Positions 38,389-47,958 of a stretch of 64,000 nucleotides of DNA are shown in pieces. The stretch spans positions 99,200 through 163,199 of the forward strand of contig JBBQUV010000001.1 of the NCBI GenBank assembly GCA_038212075.1, written 5' to 3'. The first letter of the stretch is position 1. Every line of letters starts with the position of its first letter. The DNA is from Minisyncoccia bacterium. Lineage in GTDB: Bacteria > Patescibacteriota > Minisyncoccia > Phycocordibacterales > Phycocordibacteraceae. Position numbers and translations under genes: made by a program. The notes beneath the pieces were generated by a model. It was not told the origin of the DNA and ran no database searches. It saw only the letters and a list, made by a program, of their open reading frames with translations.

Positions 38389-38643
38389 CTAGCTCAAACG
38401 CCTCACAATTCGTGCGCGACCCCCATAAGGATCAAGCACCAATTCCACACGATCGCCAACGAGTACACGGATGCGGTGAAGACGCATTTTGCCTGCAAGG
38501 TATGCAAGCAAGAGCTTCCCTTCCTCCTCTCCTTCTTCCGTTGGCATTCGTACTCTAAACAACGAATTGGGAAGCACTTCCTCCACTACACCTGTTGGTA
38601 CCTGCGGAGCAGGTACGTTTCCGTTCAATTCGCTACTATCCAT
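38389..38643 (-). CDS. infA: Translation initiation factor IF-1
   Basis: [31 protein letters not shown]. Confidence 0.95.
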   Translation of the reverse strand: MDSSELNGNVPAPQVPTGVVEEVLPNSLFRVRMPTEEGEEEGKLLLAYLAGKMRLHRIRVLVGDRVELVLDPYGGRARIVRRLS

Positions 38644-38695
38644 GTGAAGCGTTGTTTATACTAACAGAGCCGTAGAAAGCCGTCAACAAAGCCAT

Positions 38696-39937
38696 TTAGG
38701 GGGTGTCTACAGTGACCGTAATTTTTGTAGGATCAGCTGGATATGCGCCCCGCCAGAAAGGTCGGAGATTTATGATTGCTTGGCCAATTTCCGGAAACCC
38801 ATCGCTTAGCACTGATTTTGCCGCCGCGGAGCTTTTACCAGCAACCGCACCCGCAATCCTAGCCTTATCAATGTCCCAAACGACAGAAGCGGTTCCTGAA
38901 AGAGTGAAGGAATAGGGGGTATTTGCGGCAGGAGCGGTCTCGGCAACTGCGGGTGTGAGGGCAAGGCCGCTCACTGCTTTTAGTGTTACCAGCTGACCGG
39001 TATAGTCTTGACCGGCCACTTGGCTTGCAATCGCTTTTGCAAATGCAGACGCGGGGAACACCACCGCAGTCGCGGTTGCTTGCTCTTTAATTAGTACGCC
39101 ACCGTTTGCGTCTGCGGAGTCTGGAAGCGGTGCATAGGCCGTGACGACGCTACCGGGGATAAGTACGTATCCGTCGGGAACCTTTGGTGAAATTTCGGCC
39201 GAAATAGTGCCTGCGAGCGTTGCTTTCAATTTTGCGTGCGCCGCATCATCAGTTGCTTGGCTTACTGAAGGGCGTTTACCCGTAAAGCCGCCAGCCATAG
39301 CGCTTGTAGACTTTGCATACACTAACTTCGCTTGCGGTGTTGCCGAAAGTCCAGGGAGTGTAAAGCTGGTTGCGCCAATGTTGTAACTTTCGCCTGCAGA
39401 ATCGGCATAGACAGTGGCAGTAACTGAACCCGGTGTTCCGCCTTTTGCGGGAGGAATCGTTACGGAGTCGTGAATACGGAAAATAAGTCCGGCAGAGGTC
39501 TGAAGACGGGTATTTTTTATCAGGTCTTGCGATTTTGCTTGCTCGTTGTACATAGTGACCGTTCCTTGTGCGGTATCGTTAGCGGCAACGGTGCTTTCCG
39601 CAGGAACGCTTTGACTCGCCACCTTTTGCACGGTAACGAGCGCAAAGGGAAGGTCGCCTGAAGCGGGGGTTGCGATGAAGGGGCCCGCCACCGTACCCGT
39701 GCTTACTTTCGGCACAATTTCAACTTCGTTGGAAGAAAAGAACATAAGTACGCCATACGAAGCGAGAACAAGAAAAAGGCAAACACCTGCGGTAATCCAT
39801 GGGAATTGATGCCGCGGAAGACGGGCATACAGCGGTGGACGTGACTCAGGTGGTGGCGCTGGTTCGTACTGAGGAGTTGGGGCATCGCTTACGCGGCGGC
39901 GTGATGGAGGAATGATGTCATTTATGGTTCGTGGCAT
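38696..39937 (-). CDS. Membrane-anchored hypothetical protein (possibly baseplate-J-like)
   Basis: N-terminal TM; AQGTVTMYN, TRLQT..FR, VYADSAGESYNIG, MAGG; family call tentative. Confidence 0.7.
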   Translation of the reverse strand: MPRTINDIIPPSRRRVSDAPTPQYEPAPPPESRPPLYARLPRHQFPWITAGVCLFLVLASYGVLMFFSSNEVEIVPKVSTGTVAGPFIATPASGDLPFALVTVQKVASQSVPAESTVAANDTAQGTVTMYNEQAKSQDLIKNTRLQTSAGLIFRIHDSVTIPPAKGGTPGSVTATVYADSAGESYNIGATSFTLPGLSATPQAKLVYAKSTSAMAGGFTGKRPSVSQATDDAAHAKLKATLAGTISAEISPKVPDGYVLIPGSVVTAYAPLPDSADANGGVLIKEQATATAVVFPASAFAKAIASQVAGQDYTGQLVTLKAVSGLALTPAVAETAPAANTPYSFTLSGTASVVWDIDKARIAGAVAGKSSAAAKSVLSDGFPEIGQAIINLRPFWRGAYPADPTKITVTVDTP

Positions 39938-39988
39938 ACAAAAAGTATACCCCGTAGCACTTTTTATTCAAAAGTAGTGCGGGGTATA

Positions 39989-41134
39989 TCACGCACCAAG
40001 ATCGTCAATACGTTTGCCTTGGTACAAAGCAAGCATCATAAGGAAGAGGTCGGCAGAACCGCTTGCGCCAATTTTTATGTGAGGCAAAAATTGTGACGCA
40101 AGCACAGGCAGGATAGAAAGTGGTTCGTCTGAAAGCCACAACGTACGCAAGCGGCTATCATCGAGCGCGTGTCGAATATAGTCACGAACAGGATCGTCAG
40201 AGAGAAGGAATATGGTGCGCGGGAGCGCGTGTCGTTCAGAATATGCTTTCAAGGCTTCCAAAATTTCAGTAAGCCATGTATCTCGTGCCTCAGAAATATT
40301 GGCTGTTTGATTTTTGATAAGGTGAACCCCATCTTTTACTTCCTGCATATCGGAAGTTGGCGGCACAGCGTTTCCGAGTGTTTTTAGCAGATGATGCACG
40401 CCGTAGGGCACGGAAAGCACGGAAGAAAGGAATCCGTGTCTGATAAATACCATCTCGGTTGCCTCTCCCGTAACGTCTATCACCATAAACTCACGTTCGT
40501 GAGGATACATATCCCGCAATACAATGTAGGCAAGCGGTGCGAATGCGGTAAAAGTGATGTGGTGTGAGTGATACGACGCACGAAGCGCCTTGCGCACTTT
40601 GTCGGTTATGGATTCTTCAACGGTTGAAGACAGGATGACAATCTCGGCTAATTTTGCCTGCTTGCCAAACGGTTGGCTTGTCTGGTATCCGTTTAATCGC
40701 ACAGCGATAGCAGATTCTCCAGAAGATATTCTTCCTGTCGGCAATTGTGCTGTTTTCTGAACCACTGTTTGCAACATTGCTCGGGTGAATGTGAATGGTT
40801 TAGCTTCCTCGATGCGTTCCAGACGCACCTTGGTGTCTTGCCATGGTGCGGCAATGGAAACAAACACTTCCCCTACGCTTCCGGAACCGGTCGCGCGGCG
40901 TAGTGCTGAAGCACCTGCGATAGTGAGTTCTTTGTTTACGGCAACGAGAGCACGAAGCATTGACGACTCAACGGATTCATCAGGGTGTATGGTAATGGGC
41001 ACACGAACCGCATATTCCAGCGTTGGTCCATTTTTACCGAGCGAAAGATACCCACCGCCAACGGAACCAGACCCGATATCAATCAGCGCAATAGAGGTTG
41101 ATCCAAGTGAAAAAAAATTCCCAAAAAGACCCAT
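39989..41134 (-). CDS. FtsA/PilM-like actin-fold hypothetical protein
   Basis: ALIDIGSGSVGG and VIDVTGEATE resemble actin-like phosphate-1 and phosphate-2 motifs. Confidence 0.65.
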   Translation of the reverse strand: MGLFGNFFSLGSTSIALIDIGSGSVGGGYLSLGKNGPTLEYAVRVPITIHPDESVESSMLRALVAVNKELTIAGASALRRATGSGSVGEVFVSIAAPWQDTKVRLERIEEAKPFTFTRAMLQTVVQKTAQLPTGRISSGESAIAVRLNGYQTSQPFGKQAKLAEIVILSSTVEESITDKVRKALRASYHSHHITFTAFAPLAYIVLRDMYPHEREFMVIDVTGEATEMVFIRHGFLSSVLSVPYGVHHLLKTLGNAVPPTSDMQEVKDGVHLIKNQTANISEARDTWLTEILEALKAYSERHALPRTIFLLSDDPVRDYIRHALDDSRLRTLWLSDEPLSILPVLASQFLPHIKIGASGSADLFLMMLALYQGKRIDDLGA

Positions 41135-41154
41135 GCACAAAGTATACGATATGT

Positions 41155-43053
41155 TTACGCTACAACGGCTTTGATACGACGAATACCCGCAGATGACGCT
41201 TCTTCTTTCAAAATACGAAACGTTCCCGCTTCACCAATTTGTTTTGTGTTTGAAACATGAGGGCCACCACAAAATTCAATGGAAAACGCCTCAGAAAATT
41301 TAGGGTCGGTATCGGTTGCTTCTTTTGGTCCCACGGAATACACCGAAACCATTTCAGGGTACTTCACACCAAACTCGTGTTCTGCGCCAAGTTTTTCTGC
41401 ATCCTCTTGTTTCATTACGGTACAGGTAACGGGTAGCTCCTCTTGTATTTTTTCGTTTACGATACGCTCCACTTCTTTTATCTGTTCAGGAGTCATCTTG
41501 CCGGTGTATGAAAAGTCGATACGGAGTCGTTCTGAAGTGATGTTGCTTCCCCGCTGGTGTACGTCTTTTCCAAGCACCATTTGAAGTGCCTTGAGAAGAA
41601 TGTGGTGCGTGGTGTGGTAGCGAACCGTTTGTTCTTGATGGTCGGCAAGTCCGCCCGCAAACTTTTGTGCCGCACCTGCGCGAGATTGCGCTTGATGTTC
41701 CGCCATGTTCTTTTTTACTGACTCCATATCAATACTGATACCGCGTTCCTTTGCGATTTCTTCAGTGAGTTCAATGGGAAAACCGTAGGTAGTGAAGAGC
41801 GTGAACGCGTCAATGCTTTCTGCCATTTTTTCAAGCTCGCGCAAGCCATTGGTAAGGGTTTTTCGAAATTGTGCTTCTTCTTTAACGAGCTCGTCACGAA
41901 TGAAATCATGATTTTGCTTCACAAGTGGATATGCATCAACATACGCATCACCATATCCATCTGCCACTTCCGCAAGTACGGCGTCTTTTACGCCAAGCCG
42001 ATCAGCTTCACGAATAGAACGACGGATAAGCCGGCGAAGCACGTAGCCCTGTTCTGTGTTGCTTGGTGTGATACCGCCCGCGAGCATAAATGATGCCGCG
42101 CGCATATGGTCAAGAATGATGCGGTACGAACGGGTCGTTACGTCATCAGCGCCGTATGATTTTCCTGATCGTTTTTCAATCACGGCACGTGCCGCATCAA
42201 ACACGTCAATCAAAAAAACATCGGGGTTTCCGCGTGTTGCGGCGGTAAGGCGCTCAAGTCCACCACCGAAGTCAACGTTTTGTTTTGGCAAATTACTAAA
42301 ACTGCCATCAGTATTCTTTATAAACTGCATAAACACCGAGTTGCCCACTTCTACAAAACGACCGCAATCGCAGTTTGGGTGGCATTCGGCACCAAACGCT
42401 GTGTTGTGCGGGAGACCGAAGTCATAAAATACTTCTGAGTCGGGACCACCAATTTCCCCTGCGGGCATATTTTTTGGCACCCCCGCGCGACTCCACCAGT
42501 TTTTGCGAGCGCCGTAGGAGAAAATACGCCCACCCTGCATTCCTTTTTTATATCCGTCTTCTTCGGTACCTAGTTCAACAAAACCAGCGTCAATTCCCTT
42601 TTGCGTAAAAAGATTCGTCCAAATATCTATCGCTTCAGTATCTGCACTCATGCCACTTTCAGCATCTCCGGCAAAAACGGTTACGTACAGATTTTTTGGA
42701 TCAAGACCAAGTCCTTCTTCAGAACTCGTAAGGTATTCAAAAAACCACGGAAGTTGTTCTTGTTTAAAGTAGTCACCGAGCGACCAGTTTCCAAGCATTT
42801 CAAAAAAGGTAGTGTGGCGGTTGTCACCCACTTCTTCAATGTCTTCTGCACGGAATGATGTTTGGGAATTAGCAATGCGCTTGCCTTCCGGATGATCCTT
42901 GCCGAGCAGATACGGTACCAAAGGCTGCATTCCGCTACTGGTGAAAAGTGTGGTGGGGTCATTTTCAGGCACGATAGGAGCCGAGGGAATGATGACATGC
43001 CCCCGTGCCTTGAAGTATGCAAAATAGCGGTTTCGTACTTCACTAACGGTCAT
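41155..43053 (-). CDS. alaS: Alanine--tRNA ligase (short form)
   Basis: DPTTLFTSSGMQP, HTTFFEMLGNWS, GGGLERL, HTTHH and EFCGGPHV editing motifs. Confidence 0.97.
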   Translation of the reverse strand: MTVSEVRNRYFAYFKARGHVIIPSAPIVPENDPTTLFTSSGMQPLVPYLLGKDHPEGKRIANSQTSFRAEDIEEVGDNRHTTFFEMLGNWSLGDYFKQEQLPWFFEYLTSSEEGLGLDPKNLYVTVFAGDAESGMSADTEAIDIWTNLFTQKGIDAGFVELGTEEDGYKKGMQGGRIFSYGARKNWWSRAGVPKNMPAGEIGGPDSEVFYDFGLPHNTAFGAECHPNCDCGRFVEVGNSVFMQFIKNTDGSFSNLPKQNVDFGGGLERLTAATRGNPDVFLIDVFDAARAVIEKRSGKSYGADDVTTRSYRIILDHMRAASFMLAGGITPSNTEQGYVLRRLIRRSIREADRLGVKDAVLAEVADGYGDAYVDAYPLVKQNHDFIRDELVKEEAQFRKTLTNGLRELEKMAESIDAFTLFTTYGFPIELTEEIAKERGISIDMESVKKNMAEHQAQSRAGAAQKFAGGLADHQEQTVRYHTTHHILLKALQMVLGKDVHQRGSNITSERLRIDFSYTGKMTPEQIKEVERIVNEKIQEELPVTCTVMKQEDAEKLGAEHEFGVKYPEMVSVYSVGPKEATDTDPKFSEAFSIEFCGGPHVSNTKQIGEAGTFRILKEEASSAGIRRIKAVVA

Positions 43054-43099
43054 ACGTAAGAAAATAGCACGAACGAGTACGAGATACTATAATCGTTCC

Positions 43100-45067
43100 A
43101 TGACTAAAACAGCGTGGGGTTTTGATACAAAAGGGATGAACACCAAGATTCGACCGCAAGACGACTTTTTCCACTACGCAAACGGCGGGTGGATGAAGCG
43201 TAATCCCATTCCTCCCGCAGAATCTCGTTGGGGTTCGTTTATCGAACTTCGTTATAAAACCGACTACCAACTCCGTGCAATTCTTGCAGAACTTGAGGCG
43301 AAAAAAACGCTCGCAAAAGGAACGCCGGAACAAATAATTCGTGATTTTCAACGTTCCGGTATGGACAGCAAAAAACGAAACGCGCTGGGTGTACGGCCGC
43401 TTGATGGGCTTCGCAAGAAGATTACAAATATTGATTCACTCAAGCACATGGAATCGGTTGTGGCAGAACTACACCGCATAGGCGTCGGCGTACTTTGGGG
43501 TGCTGGGGTAGACCAAGACGCCAAAAAAAGCGACCGTTACGTGCTTCATTTGGTGCAGGACGGGCTTGGTATGCCGGAACGCGACTACTATTTGAACAAT
43601 GACGCGGAATCGAAACGTGTCCGAAGCGCATATGCCATTCATGTAGAAAAAATGTTCCGTCTTATGGGGCAAAAATCAACAGAGGCAAAAAAGAATACCG
43701 AAATACTTCTTCGTATTGAAACAGCGCTGGCAAAAGTGTCTATGAAAAAAGAAGACCGTCGTGACCCCAACAAGACCTACCACAAAATGTCGGTAGCGAA
43801 GCTCAGCAGGCTCGCCCCCACCATTGATTGGCGTGCTTATTTAAAACGCACAGACGGAGACGCGGTGAAAGACGCTATTGTCATGCAACCTGCTTTTTTC
43901 AAAGCCGTTTCAAAACTCTTGACCCACATCTCCCTTTCGGATTGGAAAACATACCTTGAATGGCACGTGGTAAATGATTTTTCCAGCCTTCTTTCGGAAG
44001 CATTTGTAAAACAATCGTTCTCGTTCTACGGAACGGTACTCACGGGCACCAAGCAAATGAAACCGCTTTGGCGTCGTGTTTTGAACAACGTAAACGGTCA
44101 GGTGGGTGAACTGCTTGGACAGATATATGTGAAAAAACACTTTACCGAGGAAGCGAAGCGAAAAATGGATCGGCTCGTTGATGATTTGTTTGTTGCCTAT
44201 GAAGCACGACTGAAGAGCTTGGACTGGATGACGTCCGCAACAAAGAAAAAAGCGTTATTGAAACTACATGCATTCAATCGAAAAATCGGCTATCCCAAAA
44301 AATGGAAGAACTATGCAGGATTGGTGATTACGCCTGAAGAGTACGTGGGTAACGTAATCCGAGCAAATGTGTACGAGCATCGTCGTGCGATGAAGAAACT
44401 CGCGCGCCCTATTGATCGCGAAGAGTGGTTTATGTATCCGCAAACGGTGAATGCATACTTTGCTCCAAACTTGAACGATATTGTGTTCCCTGCCGCCATT
44501 CTTCAGCCGCCATTTTTCGACTTGCACGCCGATGACGCCCTGAACTACGGAGCTATTGGTGCAGTAATTGGCCACGAAATTACCCACGGCTTTGACGATG
44601 AAGGTTCAAAGTTTGACGCAAAAGGAAATTTGAAAAGCTGGTGGACAAAAGAAGACCGCAAGCGCTTTGATGCGAAAGCTGAAACGGTTCGAAAACAATT
44701 TGACCGGTATGTTGTCGCTGATAATGTGCACGTAAATGGAAAACTAACGCTTGGTGAAAATATTGCTGACCTTGGTGGTCTTTCTATTGCCTTTGACGCC
44801 TATCAGCAACAGCTGGCACGTACAGGAAGAAAAGATATTGATGGCTACACTCCTGAACAACGGTTTTTCCTTGGATTCGCACTCTTTGAACGTGAAAACG
44901 TGCGCCCTGAGTTTGAAAAAACGCACGCACTTACCGACCCACATTCGCCGGGACGCTTCCGCATCAACGGTCCAGTTTCAAATTTCGAACCGTTTTATAC
45001 AGCGTATGGACTTACCGCAAAAGACAAACTATTCCGCGCACCGAAGGAAAGACAGATGGTGTGGTAG
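43100..45067 (+). CDS. pepO: M13 metallopeptidase (PepO/neprilysin-like)
   Basis: VNAY, FPAAILQPPF, GHEITHGFD, GENIADLGG, DPHSP. Confidence 0.92.
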   Translation: MTKTAWGFDTKGMNTKIRPQDDFFHYANGGWMKRNPIPPAESRWGSFIELRYKTDYQLRAILAELEAKKTLAKGTPEQIIRDFQRSGMDSKKRNALGVRPLDGLRKKITNIDSLKHMESVVAELHRIGVGVLWGAGVDQDAKKSDRYVLHLVQDGLGMPERDYYLNNDAESKRVRSAYAIHVEKMFRLMGQKSTEAKKNTEILLRIETALAKVSMKKEDRRDPNKTYHKMSVAKLSRLAPTIDWRAYLKRTDGDAVKDAIVMQPAFFKAVSKLLTHISLSDWKTYLEWHVVNDFSSLLSEAFVKQSFSFYGTVLTGTKQMKPLWRRVLNNVNGQVGELLGQIYVKKHFTEEAKRKMDRLVDDLFVAYEARLKSLDWMTSATKKKALLKLHAFNRKIGYPKKWKNYAGLVITPEEYVGNVIRANVYEHRRAMKKLARPIDREEWFMYPQTVNAYFAPNLNDIVFPAAILQPPFFDLHADDALNYGAIGAVIGHEITHGFDDEGSKFDAKGNLKSWWTKEDRKRFDAKAETVRKQFDRYVVADNVHVNGKLTLGENIADLGGLSIAFDAYQQQLARTGRKDIDGYTPEQRFFLGFALFERENVRPEFEKTHALTDPHSPGRFRINGPVSNFEPFYTAYGLTAKDKLFRAPKERQMVW

Positions 45068-45092
45068 GTGACGGTATGCCTGCGTCTTATTT

Positions 45093-45761
45093 TTAGAGCC
45101 AATCAATAGGTGCTTGCCCGTGCTGAATAAGGTACTCATTTGCTTTGATGAAATGATTGTTTCCAAAAAATCCACTATGTGCAGAAAATGGTGATGGGTG
45201 TGGTGATTCAAGTACGAGATGTTTGACCCGATCAATGTGTGCGCCTTTTTGTTTTGCATAGTTTCCCCAGAGCATAAACACAAGATGCTCACCTTTATCG
45301 GAAAGGGCTTTGATGGCGGCATCAGTGAACAATTCCCATCCATGGCCTTGGTGGCTGCCGGCCGTGTGGGCGCGCACCGTAAGTGTGGCGTTTAAAAGCA
45401 GTACTCCCTGCTGTGCCCAGCGCGAAAGATCACCACTCGTATGTACTGGCGGTTTTTTATATTCCGCTTCGATCTCTTTAAAAATATTTTGAAGCGACGG
45501 TGGGATTTTTTGCTCGGCGTCTACCGCAAACGACAGTCCGTTTGCTTGCCCTTGACCGTGATACGGATCTTGGCCAAGTATCACGACCTTCACATCATCA
45601 AAAGGGGTAAGTGCAAACGATCGAAATATCGCCTTTGGTGACGGGTACACGGTAGCTTCCCCATATTCCTTCTTCACGAAATCAGTGAGTTCCTTGAAGT
45701 ACGTCTTCCCGAACTCCTCTTCAAGAGCTTTCTTCCATGACGCTTCCATTTTTACCTCCAT
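45093..45761 (-). CDS. ung: Uracil-DNA glycosylase family 1
   Basis: GQDPYH, GVLLLN, HPSPFS. Confidence 0.97.
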   Translation of the reverse strand: MEVKMEASWKKALEEEFGKTYFKELTDFVKKEYGEATVYPSPKAIFRSFALTPFDDVKVVILGQDPYHGQGQANGLSFAVDAEQKIPPSLQNIFKEIEAEYKKPPVHTSGDLSRWAQQGVLLLNATLTVRAHTAGSHQGHGWELFTDAAIKALSDKGEHLVFMLWGNYAKQKGAHIDRVKHLVLESPHPSPFSAHSGFFGNNHFIKANEYLIQHGQAPIDWL

Positions 45762-45821
45762 GCATCCAGTATACAGAAAACCGGGTCGTGTGAAGACGCC
45801 GGCTTTTTGTCCTTTCTCGGA

Positions 45822-46274
45822 TTAGATTGGTCCGCGACCAAAGACTTTTAAGAGACAGGCATTCACATAGCCAAGGTTCGTTTCGTAGTCTTGTTGGATG
45901 AGAATCTGGCTACCTTCATCGAAGCTGTCCATGGGAACAAAACCTTTTTCGTTCCCTGTGCTTATACCGAGCACTGTTCCTTTTCCGCGGTAATCAAGAT
46001 ACGCACGTCCAGCTGATCGATTGTACAAACGAACACCGATGTCTTCGTCGATGGTGACCTCGATCACCAACGGGATATCTTTCCCTGAATGTTGTATGTC
46101 TGGAATGGTTCCGACGCATTTGATCGGTACGCAAGTATCTGCGTCTCCGTCGCAGTCAAAACTTTTGATCAACTGAATCAAAACCTTTCCGTACGGCGGA
46201 CTGATATGCCCCGGTTCCACCGAGGCGGGAAGAACCACTACAGAAAAAGCTGAAACAAGTAACATCATGCGCAT
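45822..46274 (-). CDS. Hypothetical, probably secreted protein (accessory)
   Basis: Hydrophobic N-terminus, four Cys, GGGAG SD. Confidence 0.55.
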   Translation of the reverse strand: MRMMLLVSAFSVVVLPASVEPGHISPPYGKVLIQLIKSFDCDGDADTCVPIKCVGTIPDIQHSGKDIPLVIEVTIDEDIGVRLYNRSAGRAYLDYRGKGTVLGISTGNEKGFVPMDSFDEGSQILIQQDYETNLGYVNACLLKVFGRGPI

Positions 46275-46354
46275 GCACGCTACTCCCGAAGCTCCGAGAT
46301 GAACCTTACTCCCTACCTGCTATCGGTCAACTGTGTGCAGGGGATATTCGTTGG

Positions 46355-46645
46355 TTACTTTTGAATTCGTAAACCCTTTATTGAAACACCCTCGCTCCTC
46401 AGTATGCTCACTTTCATAGAAGGGCCGCCACGATTGTATTCACCAATAGTGCCGTCGGCTCGCACAACACGATGGCAGGGCACGGTAGGATCGTAATTGT
46501 CGCGCATAATAGTGCCCACGGCACGTGCCGCACCTGCGTGTCCGGTAGCAGTGGCCACTTCTCCGTACGTACGCGTTTGTCCTTTCGGAATATGTCGAAC
46601 GGCAGAGCGTACTAAATCTGCAAACACGGTTTTCTGTATAGACAT
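46355..46645 (-). CDS. MGMT-family methylated-DNA--protein-cysteine methyltransferase (C-terminal domain only)
   Basis: IPKGQTRTYGEVA, ARAVG, PCHRV active site. Confidence 0.9.
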   Translation of the reverse strand: MSIQKTVFADLVRSAVRHIPKGQTRTYGEVATATGHAGAARAVGTIMRDNYDPTVPCHRVVRADGTIGEYNRGGPSMKVSILRSEGVSIKGLRIQK

Positions 46646-46646
46646 A

Positions 46647-47429
46647 TTAGGCTTTCTTTTTCTTTGCATGGATTTCTTGAAGCTTTTCACCAGCATATTT
46701 GCGGTACGGACAAAACTTGCACGCACTTCCTGTTTTTGGAATGTCTTCCGACATCAGACACTCTTTCAGTGAATCAAGGACGGCAGGAATCCACGAGTCG
46801 TCACCTTCATATGGCAGAATGGTTACTTCAAATTCAAGCTTGCCGTCAAATGCCTTACGGTCGTTTTGGCCGTTTGCGTATACAAAATAGGCAGTGGGCG
46901 ATACGGTAAACCCATTTTGACGAAGTAACCATTGATATATTTCCGCTTGACGTTTGTAGCCATCTTTCCACTCGTCATCCATCGTCACCGTTTCTTTGCC
47001 TGCCGTTGCCTTGTAATCTGCTACATGCAATTCCCCTTTACTGTTTTTCCAGATATCGTCCACGCCACCACGCACAATTAAGTTTGCAGGAGTATAGAGT
47101 GCCTTTACGCCACGCTTCAGCGCGTCGCGCCATTCGTCCATTCTTGAATCATCAAAAGGTACCGCATCAATGCCGTACTGTTTCATCAAAGGATGCGGCT
47201 TCCCATTTGCACGATATATATCAAATTCTTTCTTAAACAGTTCGTCCACGGCATTATTGAGCGTGAACGGAAAGCTATCAGGTCGCCCGATGCCGTACCG
47301 CGCTTCCATCCAGTAACACCGCGCGCATTCCGTAAAGAATTCTATCTTGCTACGACTTATGGTGTACGGTTCTTTTTGTTTCGGGTTAAATCGTCCCCTT
47401 TCCCACTTAAGTTTATATTCAAACGCCAT
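46647..47429 (-). CDS. PD-(D/E)XK nuclease (Cas4/AddB-like)
   Basis: ISRSKIE..CARC, GGVDD, VADYKAT, QAEIY, CKFCPY. Confidence 0.85.
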   Translation of the reverse strand: MAFEYKLKWERGRFNPKQKEPYTISRSKIEFFTECARCYWMEARYGIGRPDSFPFTLNNAVDELFKKEFDIYRANGKPHPLMKQYGIDAVPFDDSRMDEWRDALKRGVKALYTPANLIVRGGVDDIWKNSKGELHVADYKATAGKETVTMDDEWKDGYKRQAEIYQWLLRQNGFTVSPTAYFVYANGQNDRKAFDGKLEFEVTILPYEGDDSWIPAVLDSLKECLMSEDIPKTGSACKFCPYRKYAGEKLQEIHAKKKKA

Positions 47430-47430
47430 A

Positions 47431-47958
47431 TTACGGATTGGTGTGGAAGAGTGCGATGACACGCTGTCCTGAATCGTAATCAACATACACACTGTCGGCA
47501 TGAAGATCAAATACCCCGTCACCATCATCGCGATAGAGGACAACGGCGTAGGTTTGTCCGGGAAGCGTGTTGCGAAGTAGATGTACCGCGACATTTGATT
47601 CTGAGCCCGCGGTGCCGGCAACACCAAGGATATTACCCAAATCGTTTCCGTGCAGTTCTACTATCGCAACCCATACACCGGGAGCAGGAACAGAAACCGT
47701 ATCAACCACAGCGGCATTGCCCGCGTCTTGATCGTGCACCGTAAGAAGCCCTGAGGAGACGTGTTCTTCAAACCCAGAATTGGTTGTTGAAGAGGTATTA
47801 GGAGTGGCGTTGACCGTATTCTGTGCCGCGCGTAAATCAGTTTCTACAAACCACGCGCTCGCGCACAGCACACCAAGAAGAAAACTGATGCCAGCAATAA
47901 CCACCCCATGACTTTGGCGTGGGGCAGGTGAAAGCATTAGTTCGGTGCTAGGCGTCAT
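47431..47958 (-). CDS. Membrane-anchored hypothetical protein
   Basis: N-terminal TM and beta-rich domain with LYRDDGDGVFD. Confidence 0.7.
   Translation of the reverse strand: MTPSTELMLSPAPRQSHGVVIAGISFLLGVLCASAWFVETDLRAAQNTVNATPNTSSTTNSGFEEHVSSGLLTVHDQDAGNAAVVDTVSVPAPGVWVAIVELHGNDLGNILGVAGTAGSESNVAVHLLRNTLPGQTYAVVLYRDDGDGVFDLHADSVYVDYDSGQRVIALFHTNP

Noticed and set aside
38696-39937. Prophage, from a baseplate-like protein
   Set aside because: Membrane-anchored, in housekeeping context, with no other phage genes
46647-47429. cas4 of a CRISPR-Cas locus
   Set aside because: No cas1, cas2 or array in the window; treated as a solo nuclease
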